Assembly (NCBI GenBank): GCA_965205485.1
Contig: OZ242180.1
Span: 3,200,001-3,264,000 of the forward strand
Source: Candidatus Latescibacterota bacterium
GTDB taxonomy: Bacteria > Latescibacterota > UBA2968 > GCA-2709665
DNA length: 64,000 nt
Direction of reading: 5' to 3'
Shown one piece after another: positions 19,707 through 28,770 of this stretch (positions are counted from its first letter, which is position 1; each line of letters opens with the position of its first letter). The notes under the pieces were generated by a model. That model was not told the origin of the DNA. It did not search any database and saw only the letters and a program-made list of their open reading frames with translations. The translations under genes were made by a program, and so were the position numbers.

Positions 19707-20513
19707 TCATGAGTCGCGATCGGTCGACACGTCTTCCGCCTGGATTTTCTTTGATGCTTCCCATAGCCGGTCCATTTCTTCCAGACTGGCGCCCTGCGGG
19801 CACTTTCCCTGTCTTTCAAGTTCCTGTTCTATGTAGCCGAAACGACTCTCGAATTTCCCTACCGTCTTCCGTAACGCTTCTTCCGGGCAGACGTGCAGAA
19901 ACCTTGCGAGGTTGACCAGAGAGAACAGGACGTCCCCAAGCTCTTCCTCGATGCCCGCTTCGTCTGCGTCCCGCCGCGCTTCGAGAAACTCACCCACTTC
20001 TTCGCGCACTTTGTCTACGACCTCTTCAGCATGCTTCCAGTCGAAGCCGGAACGGGCCGCCCGCTCCTGAACGCGCCGTGCCCTGAGCAGCGCGGGAAGT
20101 TGCCGGGGTATGCCGGCGAGGATGGACGGACCCTGGCCCTTTTCCCGCTTTTCCCGCGATTTGATGGCTTCCCAGTTTTCGACCACCTGTCCGGGGGTGT
20201 TCGCGGAGGCGTCCCCGAATACGTGCGGATGCCTGCGGATGAGCTTTTCGGACGTGGACGCCGCCACTTCTTCGAGCGTGAACCTGCCTTCCTCCCGGGC
20301 AAGTTGTGCGTGAAAGACGATTTGAAGGAGCACATCGCCCAGTTCGTCCCGCAGGCCATCGTCGTCGCCACTGTCGATGGCATCCAGGGCTTCGTAGGTC
20401 TCTTCAATCAGATAGGGTTTTAAGCTCTGGTGGGTCTGCTCGCGGTCCCAGGGACAACCGTCAGGGCCGCGCAGCCGTGCCATGAGTTTGACGAGTCGAT
20501 CGAGTTCGGACAT
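19707..20513 (-). CDS. mazG: Nucleoside triphosphate pyrophosphohydrolase MazG
   Basis: Motifs LRGPDGCPWDREQT, IEETYE, ELGDVLLQIVFH, RRHPHVF and GFDW...EELGD. Confidence 0.95.
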   Translation of the reverse strand: MSELDRLVKLMARLRGPDGCPWDREQTHQSLKPYLIEETYEALDAIDSGDDDGLRDELGDVLLQIVFHAQLAREEGRFTLEEVAASTSEKLIRRHPHVFGDASANTPGQVVENWEAIKSREKREKGQGPSILAGIPRQLPALLRARRVQERAARSGFDWKHAEEVVDKVREEVGEFLEARRDADEAGIEEELGDVLFSLVNLARFLHVCPEEALRKTVGKFESRFGYIEQELERQGKCPQGASLEEMDRLWEASKKIQAEDVSTDRDS

Positions 20514-20704
20514 CCCGGGGTCCTCGTTAACCTTGATAGGAAAGTCTTCTTGGACGTTAAATCGAATATGTGTGAGTTGATAAAGGCTATTGGACTGCTG
20601 ATTACCAGGATACACCAGGACACTGTACGTGAAAGGAAAAAATGTCCTACGGGACGCCGGAGATCGCCATTCGAGAATCCGGGGCGCGGTCCACACGGCT
20701 TCGG

Positions 20705-20865
20705 CTAGTGTCCTGTCCCGGAAATAAGTTGCCTAAATTCGACTGCCGAGTCGCCCGGCTCGCAAGGCGCCACCGACCTGCGTATGGTCGGCGAGCGAGG
20801 GGAACGCAGCGAGACGGGATGAATCGTCGGTCGAATGGTGAGGAATTTTCGGGACAGGACACTAG
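20705..20865. mobile_element. Non-autonomous miniature inverted-repeat element (MITE), 161 bp
   Basis: Left end CTAGTGTCCTGTCCCGGAAAT; right end ATTTTCGGGACAGGACACTAG. These form a 21-bp inverted repeat with 1 mismatch, bounded by CTAG, and there is no transposase inside. Confidence 0.75.
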
Positions 20866-20954
20866 GTGTTTTGCATAACGACAAACTACGCCGGAGGGCT
20901 CCGTGAGTCAACGGATATTGGAATCGCGGGGGCGTAGTAAATCAAAATTAGCCG

Positions 20955-20983
20955 TTGACAAAAGCCGGGTCGCGATGTATGTT
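20955..20983 (+). promoter_or_regulatory. Sigma70-like promoter
   Basis: TTGACA-N17-TATGTT upstream of the ORF at 21075. Confidence 0.6.
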
Positions 20984-21074
20984 TTTTCGTCGTGGATCTG
21001 CATCGCAACATACTGCGGCACTTTAAATAATGCAGCCAAACGATCCGGCGTTCCAACAATCTGGAGGCGAGTGA

Positions 21075-21530
21075 ATGAGCAAGTCGGTCAAGGACATTAT
21101 GCGAAAAATGGGAAACGATGAACTGAAAGACCAGGAACAGGAGCGATTCAGGAAGAAGGCGGAGGAGGTGTCGGAATACTACGACAGCGTGGGGGAAAAG
21201 TCGGAACTCGAAAAGAGGCACGACCGGTTTCGCCAGCGTCAGGAATATGCCAGCCGGCTTGGCCCGGCGGCAGAGCGCCTGCCCATCCTCACGAAGGAGG
21301 AGCGGGAACGCCGCGAAAAGGAACGGCCCGTTCGCAGAGCCATCCGGTTCGAGGGTCCAATTGAGAAACTGATTGAAAAATACAAAGACCCGAAAGAAGT
21401 CTTCAACCACATGTCCCACGGACAGTTGATGAAATACGAACTGGAAGAGGAGACCGGATGCATTTACGAAAAGGGCAAGCTGATATTCGACGGCGAGAAA
21501 CTCGTGGACGGCGATGACGACAGGCCTTGA
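21075..21530 (+). CDS. Hypothetical protein, highly charged and likely helical
   Basis: GGAGG RBS, its own promoter, and an E/K/R-rich composition that looks like real protein. Confidence 0.75.
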   Translation: MSKSVKDIMRKMGNDELKDQEQERFRKKAEEVSEYYDSVGEKSELEKRHDRFRQRQEYASRLGPAAERLPILTKEERERREKERPVRRAIRFEGPIEKLIEKYKDPKEVFNHMSHGQLMKYELEEETGCIYEKGKLIFDGEKLVDGDDDRP

Positions 21531-21739
21531 TCGGTCATTTCGGGGATTGGAAGAGGAGAGGTCGGAACCCGCGCCGTCGTCAATGCAGGATTGATCGACC
21601 GATCACCCGGCAGGCGCGACACCGGATTCCGTTCGTCGAATCCATCCGCTATTGCGTTTGACAGGACCCTTTGGATTTCTGAGATCCGAAGGGCTTCTTT
21701 TTTCGGTGCAGTGCGAAAGCCGGTGTATCCACCACCGGA

Positions 21740-22666
21740 TCAGGGTCCTTTTTGCGCGCGCTTTACGCAGGCTTCGATGTACTCCCGAATCCTGTCTCCA
21801 CATTCGGGGTCCTGGAGGGCAAAGTCAATAAACGCACGATAGTAACTGGCGTGACTTCCGATATCGTATCTTGTTTCATCCGGTAGCAGACGCACGCATC
21901 TGACCGGTTTCCCCCGCCGAATAAGGCCACGAATGGCTTCGGTGACGCCAATCTCCTCGCCCGCGGCCTGCGTAAGCGCGCGGATTTCGTCGAAGATATG
22001 GGGGCTGAATATATAGCGCGCGCTCACGGCCATAAGGCTGGGCGCTTCGTCCACGCCGGGCTTTTCGACAAGATCGTGGATGGCGAAGCTGTCTGCGTTC
22101 AGATCGCCTGCCGGGTCCGGCTTGACGATTCCGTAGCGTCCAACCATTTCGGACGTGACGGGACGGACGCCCACGGTACACGCGGACCCGTGTACGAGAT
22201 GAGATTCGATCATTCGAGCCAGAAAGTTCGGCGTATGCCTGGTGTTGATGATCGTATCGCCATAGGCGACCGCAAAGTGCTCCTTGTCCACGAAACTCTC
22301 GGCAGCGAGTATGGCGGCGCCCGTGCCCCGGAGTCTGTTCGCCGGGGTCAACGCCTGCTGACGGGTATAAAAGAACTCGATGCCGCGCAGGCTGTAGTCG
22401 AGTTGACCCGCGTCATTGGAGGCGTGGTTCTGGTCGGACGGGGAGGCGAGATCGACGTTGTTGTCGAACTGGTTTTCAATGATGGTCTTGGTATGAGAGG
22501 TTATGAAGAGACACTTCGTCAGATTCGCGGCGGCCATTTCTTCGACGACGTGCTGTATCGCGGGGTATTTGCCAACGGGCAGCATCTCTTTCGGCAGGGC
22601 TCTTGTCGTGGGCAATAAACGGGTGCCGAGCCCTGCAACCGGAATGACGACTTTTCGGACACGCAT
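21740..22666 (-). CDS. galU: UTP--glucose-1-phosphate uridylyltransferase
   Basis: Motifs VRKVVIPVAGLGTRLLP.T.ALPKEMLP, GTGAAIL, YGD, RYGIV, LVEKP...APS and RYDIG. Confidence 0.85.
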   Translation of the reverse strand: MRVRKVVIPVAGLGTRLLPTTRALPKEMLPVGKYPAIQHVVEEMAAANLTKCLFITSHTKTIIENQFDNNVDLASPSDQNHASNDAGQLDYSLRGIEFFYTRQQALTPANRLRGTGAAILAAESFVDKEHFAVAYGDTIINTRHTPNFLARMIESHLVHGSACTVGVRPVTSEMVGRYGIVKPDPAGDLNADSFAIHDLVEKPGVDEAPSLMAVSARYIFSPHIFDEIRALTQAAGEEIGVTEAIRGLIRRGKPVRCVRLLPDETRYDIGSHASYYRAFIDFALQDPECGDRIREYIEACVKRAQKGP

Positions 22667-22689
22667 ACTGGATCCTTTGACTGGCCGCA

Positions 22690-22718
22690 AAGATAATCCT
22701 GCGCTGGCGCATTGTCAA
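22690..22718 (-). promoter_or_regulatory. Sigma70-like promoter for galU
   Basis: Minus strand TTGACA-N17-TATCTT. Confidence 0.6.
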
Positions 22719-22787
22719 TGCCGAAGCGCGCTGAAATTCCGGGTCCTGGAACCGGCTTCCGGCCCGTCCGCCAAGCATAGAATTCCT

Positions 22788-22816
22788 TTGCGCGCGCGGA
22801 GCATATTCGATAGATT
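22788..22816 (+). promoter_or_regulatory. Sigma70-like promoter for the GWxTD gene
   Basis: TTGCGC-N17-TAGATT. Confidence 0.4.
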
Positions 22817-22841
22817 TTCTCAGTGACCCATCGCGGAAGGT

Positions 22842-25061
22842 GTGACCATGACGTGGATCATTGCCCTGTCCCTGACGATCGTCGCGCCCGTACCGGCGGC
22901 GCCGGTTGATTCGCTCCGTGTACGGGCGGAAGCCGACATCGAGGGGGGGCGGCCGGAACGCGCCGTTGCCGCGCTGCAGCTGGTGATCGACACGGGAAAG
23001 GAAACGGCGCGGGACTATGTCCTCCTCGGACATGCGTATCTGGATGCCGGCAATCAGAAGGCAGCCAGAAAGGCATTTCGGAAGGCGGTCAAGCAGGGCG
23101 CAAAGGCAGCGGGGTACAACGGGTTGGGTCTGGCCTACATGGCTTCAAAGCAGGGGTACCGGCAGGCCGAGTCGTATTTCAGACGAGCCCTGAGAGCGGA
23201 CCCGGACATGGCCGGGGCGCAGTACCACCTGGCTTGCGTCTACCTTGAAACACGGAAGCGCCGGGCGCGGGAGGCATTTGAGAGCGTGATTGAAATCGAT
23301 GCCCGCTACCCTGACGCCCATTACCAGGTCGGACTGCTGCTGGAGGACGGCGGCAAGCGGCACGAGGCGATTTCAGCATACCGGCGGGAGATGGAGGCGA
23401 ATCCGGCTCACCCCCGCGCAGGAATCCGGCTGGCCAGGATGTGGCTCTCGTTGGGCAACACCGGGGAAGCGGTCAATACGCTCTCAGGGTTGCTGACAGC
23501 CGATGGCGACGCCAGAATTCCTGCCAATCGCGAACTTGCCGTTATTGCACTGATGAATCGTGACTTCGAGCGAGCGAACGAACTGTTCGGGGTCTATTTC
23601 TCCTTCCTTCCGGAGGCCGAACAACGCAGGTATCGAGACATATCCCTCGTGGCGGACGACGAGGACCTTGAGCGCTACGAGGCGGCGTTGCCGGAGGAAA
23701 AAGATGTACTCGCCGCGCGGTTCTGGAACCGGCGCGACCCCACCCCCCTCACGCCCGAAAACGAGCGGCTGCTCGAGCACTATCGCCGCGTGGCACACGC
23801 GCTGGAACATTATACCCGGCCGGACGGCGGCTGGGACAAACGTGGCGAGGTATTCATCCGGCTGGGAAGTCCCGACCATATCAGCAGATGGGACGATATT
23901 CAGGCCGAACCCAATCGGGAATTACAGGAAACGCGAGTGAATTTCGTGAACCGTTCCCGGATCGCGCTGGCCATCTCACCGGGGCTTCCGATCTTTCCGG
24001 TTGCCGCGAATGCCAGGTGGGAATACTGGATTTACACACAGGTGGACGGCGGTATCGAGATCACGTTCGCGGAAGTCTTCAAGGGCAGGCGGTACGACTA
24101 CGCGCCGTTTCCGCTCAGGGTCGCGCCGCATGTCGGTATCCATCTGGCTGGTTTTCAGGGCGGGGTGGTCATGCAGAATGTGGTGGCGAGCCGGCCATCA
24201 CGCTATTCACCCGATTTCGCCGATCTGCCCATCGACTTCTACTACTATCCGGCGGATTTCAAAGGGCCGGAGTCCAGGACGCGACTTGAGGTCTATTACG
24301 GTTTGCCTGCATCCGAGGTGGTTCGGTTGAACGTGGATGAGAAAACGGATCTCATTCTGTTGGACCGGGGCGTTGCCCTATTCGACAGCTTGTGGAATGA
24401 AGTTTATCGTGAGGTGGATCAGATGGCCTTCAGCGCCCCCACGGACCGGCAGGTATCCGACGGCGCGTTCATTCCCGGCGTCATGCCGGTGGACCTGCCG
24501 CCGGGGACGTACCAGATGGCCCTGCAGGTCAGGGATGTGGTTTCCGGCAAGTCCCAGGTCTATCAGCAGGCGGTTGTCCTGGAGGACTATCACAAACCAA
24601 CCGGTCTGTTGATCAGCGATATCGAACTGGCCTTCGCTACCGAGCCGACGGAAGAAACCGCGGGAGACTACGTAAAAAACGGCCTCAAGGTCGTTCCGAT
24701 GTCGTCGCTGGCGTTTCGAACCCACCAGAACGCGTTTGTCTATTTTGAAATTTACAATCTGAAACAGGATGCCTTCGGTCAAACGCGCTATCGAGTGGAA
24801 TACACGTTGCGGTCACATCGCGACCGGGCGCTGCCTGCGAAGATTCTGCACGGTCTGGGACGGGTATTCAGGTTGTCCGAAAAGGACCAGGAGATTGTGA
24901 TTGCGTACGACCAGGCCGGCAACCGGCCGGATGAAGTGGCGTACGTGGAACTGGACCTTACCGAAACGCAGGAAGGCAGGCAGCTGGTCAGGGTGGCGGT
25001 AACGGACCTGCTGGCGGATGAAGAGGCTTCGAAGGAGATTTCATTCAGCATCGTTCCGTGA
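22842..25061 (+). CDS. Secreted TPR-repeat protein with a GWxTD-like domain
   Basis: Signal-peptide-like N-terminus and about 6 TPRs, then FWNRRDPTP.T.ENE.L.EHYRRV.HA, GWDKRGEVFIRLGSPD and WEYWIY. Confidence 0.85.
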   Translation: MTMTWIIALSLTIVAPVPAAPVDSLRVRAEADIEGGRPERAVAALQLVIDTGKETARDYVLLGHAYLDAGNQKAARKAFRKAVKQGAKAAGYNGLGLAYMASKQGYRQAESYFRRALRADPDMAGAQYHLACVYLETRKRRAREAFESVIEIDARYPDAHYQVGLLLEDGGKRHEAISAYRREMEANPAHPRAGIRLARMWLSLGNTGEAVNTLSGLLTADGDARIPANRELAVIALMNRDFERANELFGVYFSFLPEAEQRRYRDISLVADDEDLERYEAALPEEKDVLAARFWNRRDPTPLTPENERLLEHYRRVAHALEHYTRPDGGWDKRGEVFIRLGSPDHISRWDDIQAEPNRELQETRVNFVNRSRIALAISPGLPIFPVAANARWEYWIYTQVDGGIEITFAEVFKGRRYDYAPFPLRVAPHVGIHLAGFQGGVVMQNVVASRPSRYSPDFADLPIDFYYYPADFKGPESRTRLEVYYGLPASEVVRLNVDEKTDLILLDRGVALFDSLWNEVYREVDQMAFSAPTDRQVSDGAFIPGVMPVDLPPGTYQMALQVRDVVSGKSQVYQQAVVLEDYHKPTGLLISDIELAFATEPTEETAGDYVKNGLKVVPMSSLAFRTHQNAFVYFEIYNLKQDAFGQTRYRVEYTLRSHRDRALPAKILHGLGRVFRLSEKDQEIVIAYDQAGNRPDEVAYVELDLTETQEGRQLVRVAVTDLLADEEASKEISFSIVP

Positions 25062-25149
25062 CGGTTGACCGCCCGTAATTCTTTTGATCCCCCGCGCAAA
25101 GCTGTTACCGCGCAGCGCATCGTAAATGGCGTCCATTATCGGGAGCAAC

Positions 25150-26574
25150 ATGGCAGAACATGCCAACTTGTCGGTGATTCCTTCTGTTGACTCGGTAATG
25201 GCCGAACCTGAGGTGCGCGCGTTGTGCGAACGCTGCGACCAGCCGCTGGTTGCGCGTTTCGCGCGCGAGGAAATCCATGCCGTGCGGCAGTCCATACTCG
25301 CCGGTGACGCGATTGGGGAATCCCGGGACAAGCTCGTTGCGCGGGTAACGTACCGGGTCTGTCTGCGGGTGGAGCGATTGACCGAACCCGGTCTCAAGCG
25401 GGTTGTCAATGCCACGGGAATCGTGCTGCACACGAATCTCGGACGCGCGCCGCTGGCGGATGCCGCCTCCCGGGCGGTCGCCGGAATCGCGTCGGGGTAC
25501 AGCAATCTGGAGGCAGACCTTGAATCCGGCCGGCGCGGGTCCCGAACAGCGCTGGTTGAAGAACTGCTATGTGTGCTTACGGGCGCGGAGGCGGCGGCTG
25601 TGGTCAACAACAACGCGGCGGCCGTATTGTTGACCCTGAATACGCTTTGTCTGGGAAAAGAAGCGCTGGTCTCACGAGGCGAATTGATCGAGATCGGTGA
25701 TTCCTTTCGCATTCCGGAGATCATGGAGCGCAGCGGCGCGGTTCTGGTAGAGGTAGGCACAACCAACCGGACGCACCTGCGGGACTATGAGGCCGCGCTG
25801 ACAGACCGCGCCGGTCTGATGCTGGCGGTACACCCGAGCAACTACAGGGTGATGGGCTTTACAGCCGCGGTTTCACTCCCGGAGCTGGTTGCGCTGGGCG
25901 AAAGGCGAGGTGTGGCCGTGGTCCACGACCTCGGAGGGGGCGCGCTGGTGGACATGGGTGAGTTCGGTCTGCCGCACGAGCCCCTGGTATCGGAAAGCGT
26001 CGCGGTTGGCGCCGACGTGGTCACGTTCAGCGCTGACAAGGTGTTGGGCGGCCCCCAGGCGGGTATTCTGGTGGGGAGGGGAGACGCCGTCCGGAGAATC
26101 CGACAGAACCCGCTCATGCGGGCGCTGCGGTGCGGGAAGCTGACGTACGCCGCACTGGCGGCGACGTTGAGACTCTTTCTGAACCGGAAAGAACTTTTGC
26201 GGACGCATCCTGCGCTCGCGATGCTGGCCGAGCCTGTTTCGAGTCTGAAGCGGCGGGGCCGGCGGAGCCTGGCGCGGCTGAGCCGGCTGCACGACAGCGG
26301 GCTGCGGGTTGAACTGGTGGATTCGATTGCACAGACGGGCAGCGGCGCCATGCCCCTGGAGGAAATCGCCAGCGCGGCGTTATGCGTGTCTTTCGTCAAT
26401 GATGGGTCCGTGACCGACCTCGCGGCCCGGCTGCGTTCAAACGATCCGCCGGTCTTTGGATACGTGCGGGACGATCGGCTGTTTCTGGATCTGCGGACGG
26501 TGGCGTCCGGAGAGTTGCGCCTCGTCGAGGCCGCGCTTCGGCGCGCGGCGGGGATCGGTGTGGAGTCAACCTGA
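25150..26574 (+). CDS. selA: L-seryl-tRNA(Sec) selenium transferase
   Basis: Motifs VVNATGIVLHTNLGRA, YSNLE, VNNNAAAV, VSRGELIEIG.SFRIP, EVGTTNRT and FSADKVLGGPQAG. An alternative start is 25126. Confidence 0.97.
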   Translation: MAEHANLSVIPSVDSVMAEPEVRALCERCDQPLVARFAREEIHAVRQSILAGDAIGESRDKLVARVTYRVCLRVERLTEPGLKRVVNATGIVLHTNLGRAPLADAASRAVAGIASGYSNLEADLESGRRGSRTALVEELLCVLTGAEAAAVVNNNAAAVLLTLNTLCLGKEALVSRGELIEIGDSFRIPEIMERSGAVLVEVGTTNRTHLRDYEAALTDRAGLMLAVHPSNYRVMGFTAAVSLPELVALGERRGVAVVHDLGGGALVDMGEFGLPHEPLVSESVAVGADVVTFSADKVLGGPQAGILVGRGDAVRRIRQNPLMRALRCGKLTYAALAATLRLFLNRKELLRTHPALAMLAEPVSSLKRRGRRSLARLSRLHDSGLRVELVDSIAQTGSGAMPLEEIASAALCVSFVNDGSVTDLAARLRSNDPPVFGYVRDDRLFLDLRTVASGELRLVEAALRRAAGIGVEST

Positions 26575-28472
26575 TGTCGCACGTGATCATCGGTACGGCA
26601 GGACATATCGATCATGGCAAGACCGCACTGATCAAGGCGCTCACAGGTATCGATACGGATACGCTCCCGCAGGAGAAGGATCGGGGCGTGACAATCGATA
26701 TCGGATTCGCGTATTGGAAGGACGATGTCACGATCATAGACGTGCCCGGTCATGAGCGGTTCGTGAAGAATATGGTGACCGGCGTGTGTACGGTGGATCT
26801 CGCCCTGTTCGTGGTCGCGGCAGACGACGGGGCCATGCCCCAGACGCGCGAACACCTGGGTATTCTGAATCTCCTGGGCGTGAGGCGGGGTGTTGTGGCG
26901 CTGAACAAGGTGGACCTGGTGGAGCCCGATTGGGCGGACCTGGTGGTGGAGGACCTGCGCGACCTGTTCGACGGCACGTTTCTGGATGGCGCTCCGATCG
27001 TACCGGTGTCCGCGGTGACCGGCGAGGGGATACAGAGGCTTGGGCAACTGCTGGAGGAAGAAATCGGGATGGTGGAGGCGCGCCCCGATGGCGGTGTGTT
27101 TCGTCTGCCGGTGGATCGGGTGTTCTCCGTCAGGGGATTCGGTACGGTTGTGACCGGCACCGTACTGTCAGGCCGGGTCCGGGCGAAGGACGTGGTGATG
27201 CTGCAGCCGGCGGACCAGGCCGTTCGGGTGCGCGGCGTTCAGGTGCACGGCAGGGACGTGGAGACCGCCCTTGTCGGCCACCGGGCGGCGATCAACCTGG
27301 CCGACGTAGAGGTGGATCAGGTCGCGCGGGGCGACCTTCTGGCGCAGCGGGGTTATTTCAGTTCCACCTATATGCTCGACGCGCGGCTGCGTCTGCTGAA
27401 GGATGCGCCGACGTCGCTGAAGAACCGGGCGCGGGTGCATCTGCACCTCGGCCCGCGCGACGTGCTGGCGCGCGTGGTTCTACTCGAAGCCGACGAGTTG
27501 CGCCCCGGCGAATCCCAACTGGTGCAGTTCCGCCTGGAGGAGCGCGGCGTGGCGGCCCGGGGCGACCGATTCGTGATCCGACGTTATTCGCCTGTGCAAA
27601 CACTGGGCGGAGGGGTGGTGCTGGATGCGCAGCCGGTCAAGCACCGCCGCTTTCGGGAGGACACGCTTGAACGTCTGCGCGGGTCCGAAGTTGAAGATCC
27701 GACCCATGTGTTGGGCCTTCGCCTGAAAGCCTCGGGTTTCCGGGCCCACCCCGCCCGTGATCTTGCGGCGGCGCTGGGGCTGTCTCTGTCGGAGACGGAC
27801 GATCGGCTGCAGGACCTGCTGGATACTGGAGCCGCATTCGGCTTTCGCCACGCGGGAGAGGACGTATACGTCCATACGGATTCGTGGCTGGCCCTGCTGA
27901 CACGGATTACGGAAGCGATGTCGATCTACCACCGGGCCAATCCTCTCAAGGCAGGAGTTTCACACAGCGAACTCCGCCCGCGGGTGGAGGGAAGGCCGCC
28001 GGCCGGTATCTTCGAGCGGGCAATCGACCATCTGCTCTCTGAGAAGGCACTGTTTCCCGTGGGCTCCCTGCTGCGACTCGCCGATCACAGGATCCGATTC
28101 TCGGGAGAACAGGGCCGGATCAGAGAAGAAATACTGGCGCTTCTGCAGGCGGGCCGCGCCGCGCCGCCCGACCTGAACGAGATTGGCGTTCACCTGGCGC
28201 AGGACGCCGTCGAAGTTCACGCCGTTGCGGCCGCCATGCAGGCGATGGGGGAGATCGTAAGGCTCGACGAGAATCTGATGTTTCCGCCGCGCACGCTCGA
28301 GGAGATTGAGCAGGGGCTGGTTTCTTTCCTGCAGCGGAACCGGGAAATGAGCGTTTCGGCTTTCCGCGATCTGGTGGGTACCACGCGCAAATACGCCGTT
28401 CCATTGTTGAACCATTTCGACAACAAGGGCGTCACCGTGAGAAAGGGGGACGTCCGGGTCCTTGCCGGGTAG
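26574..28472 (+). CDS. selB: Selenocysteine-specific elongation factor
   Basis: Motifs GTAGHIDHGKT, RGVTIDIGF, DVPGHERF, NKVD, GTVVTGT and GDRFVIR, plus the C-terminal winged-helix motif TRKYAVPLL.HFD. TGATG overlap with selA. Confidence 0.97.
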   Translation: MSHVIIGTAGHIDHGKTALIKALTGIDTDTLPQEKDRGVTIDIGFAYWKDDVTIIDVPGHERFVKNMVTGVCTVDLALFVVAADDGAMPQTREHLGILNLLGVRRGVVALNKVDLVEPDWADLVVEDLRDLFDGTFLDGAPIVPVSAVTGEGIQRLGQLLEEEIGMVEARPDGGVFRLPVDRVFSVRGFGTVVTGTVLSGRVRAKDVVMLQPADQAVRVRGVQVHGRDVETALVGHRAAINLADVEVDQVARGDLLAQRGYFSSTYMLDARLRLLKDAPTSLKNRARVHLHLGPRDVLARVVLLEADELRPGESQLVQFRLEERGVAARGDRFVIRRYSPVQTLGGGVVLDAQPVKHRRFREDTLERLRGSEVEDPTHVLGLRLKASGFRAHPARDLAAALGLSLSETDDRLQDLLDTGAAFGFRHAGEDVYVHTDSWLALLTRITEAMSIYHRANPLKAGVSHSELRPRVEGRPPAGIFERAIDHLLSEKALFPVGSLLRLADHRIRFSGEQGRIREEILALLQAGRAAPPDLNEIGVHLAQDAVEVHAVAAAMQAMGEIVRLDENLMFPPRTLEEIEQGLVSFLQRNREMSVSAFRDLVGTTRKYAVPLLNHFDNKGVTVRKGDVRVLAG

Positions 28473-28601
28473 ATATGGGTTCCGGGCACGGGATCGTGTC
28501 GATTGACATTGCGCGGCTTTCAACGGCATTTCGTCTTCCGGGCGCGGTCTGTCCTCCAAGGCAGCCGGATCCCGGGATTGCCGAAAGCCCGCTCTTTGTG
28601 C

Positions 28602-28699
28602 GGGAGTGGATGGGGCACTGGTGGCCCTCGCGGGCTTCAAACCCGTTGCGGCGTGCTAATCACACGCTGGGTGGGTTCGATTCCCACACATTCCCGCCA
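28602..28699 (+). tRNA. selC: tRNA-Sec (anticodon UCA)
   Basis: GGGAGTGG...GCGGG-CTTCAAA-CCCGT (anticodon TCA at 28637-28639), long variable arm, GTGGG-TTCGATT-CCCAC T arm, G73 discriminator and encoded CCA. 98 nt, directly after selB. Confidence 0.95.
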
Positions 28700-28705
28700 T
28701 TTTCG

Positions 28706-28737
28706 GAAGCGGAGGTCTCACACGGGGCCTCCGCTTC
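28706..28737 (+). terminator. Hairpin after selC
   Basis: GAAGCGGAGGTCTC-acac-GGGGCCTCCGCTTC, a 14-bp stem including G-U pairs. Confidence 0.6.
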
Positions 28738-28770
28738 TATCGACCTGTTGTTGATAGGGAAGCCTCGCGG

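Noticed and set aside
28602..28699. G-A mismatch at the innermost pair of the tRNA-Sec acceptor stem
   Set aside because: All other Sec features and the overall length are intact; a single junction mismatch is most likely a tolerated variant.
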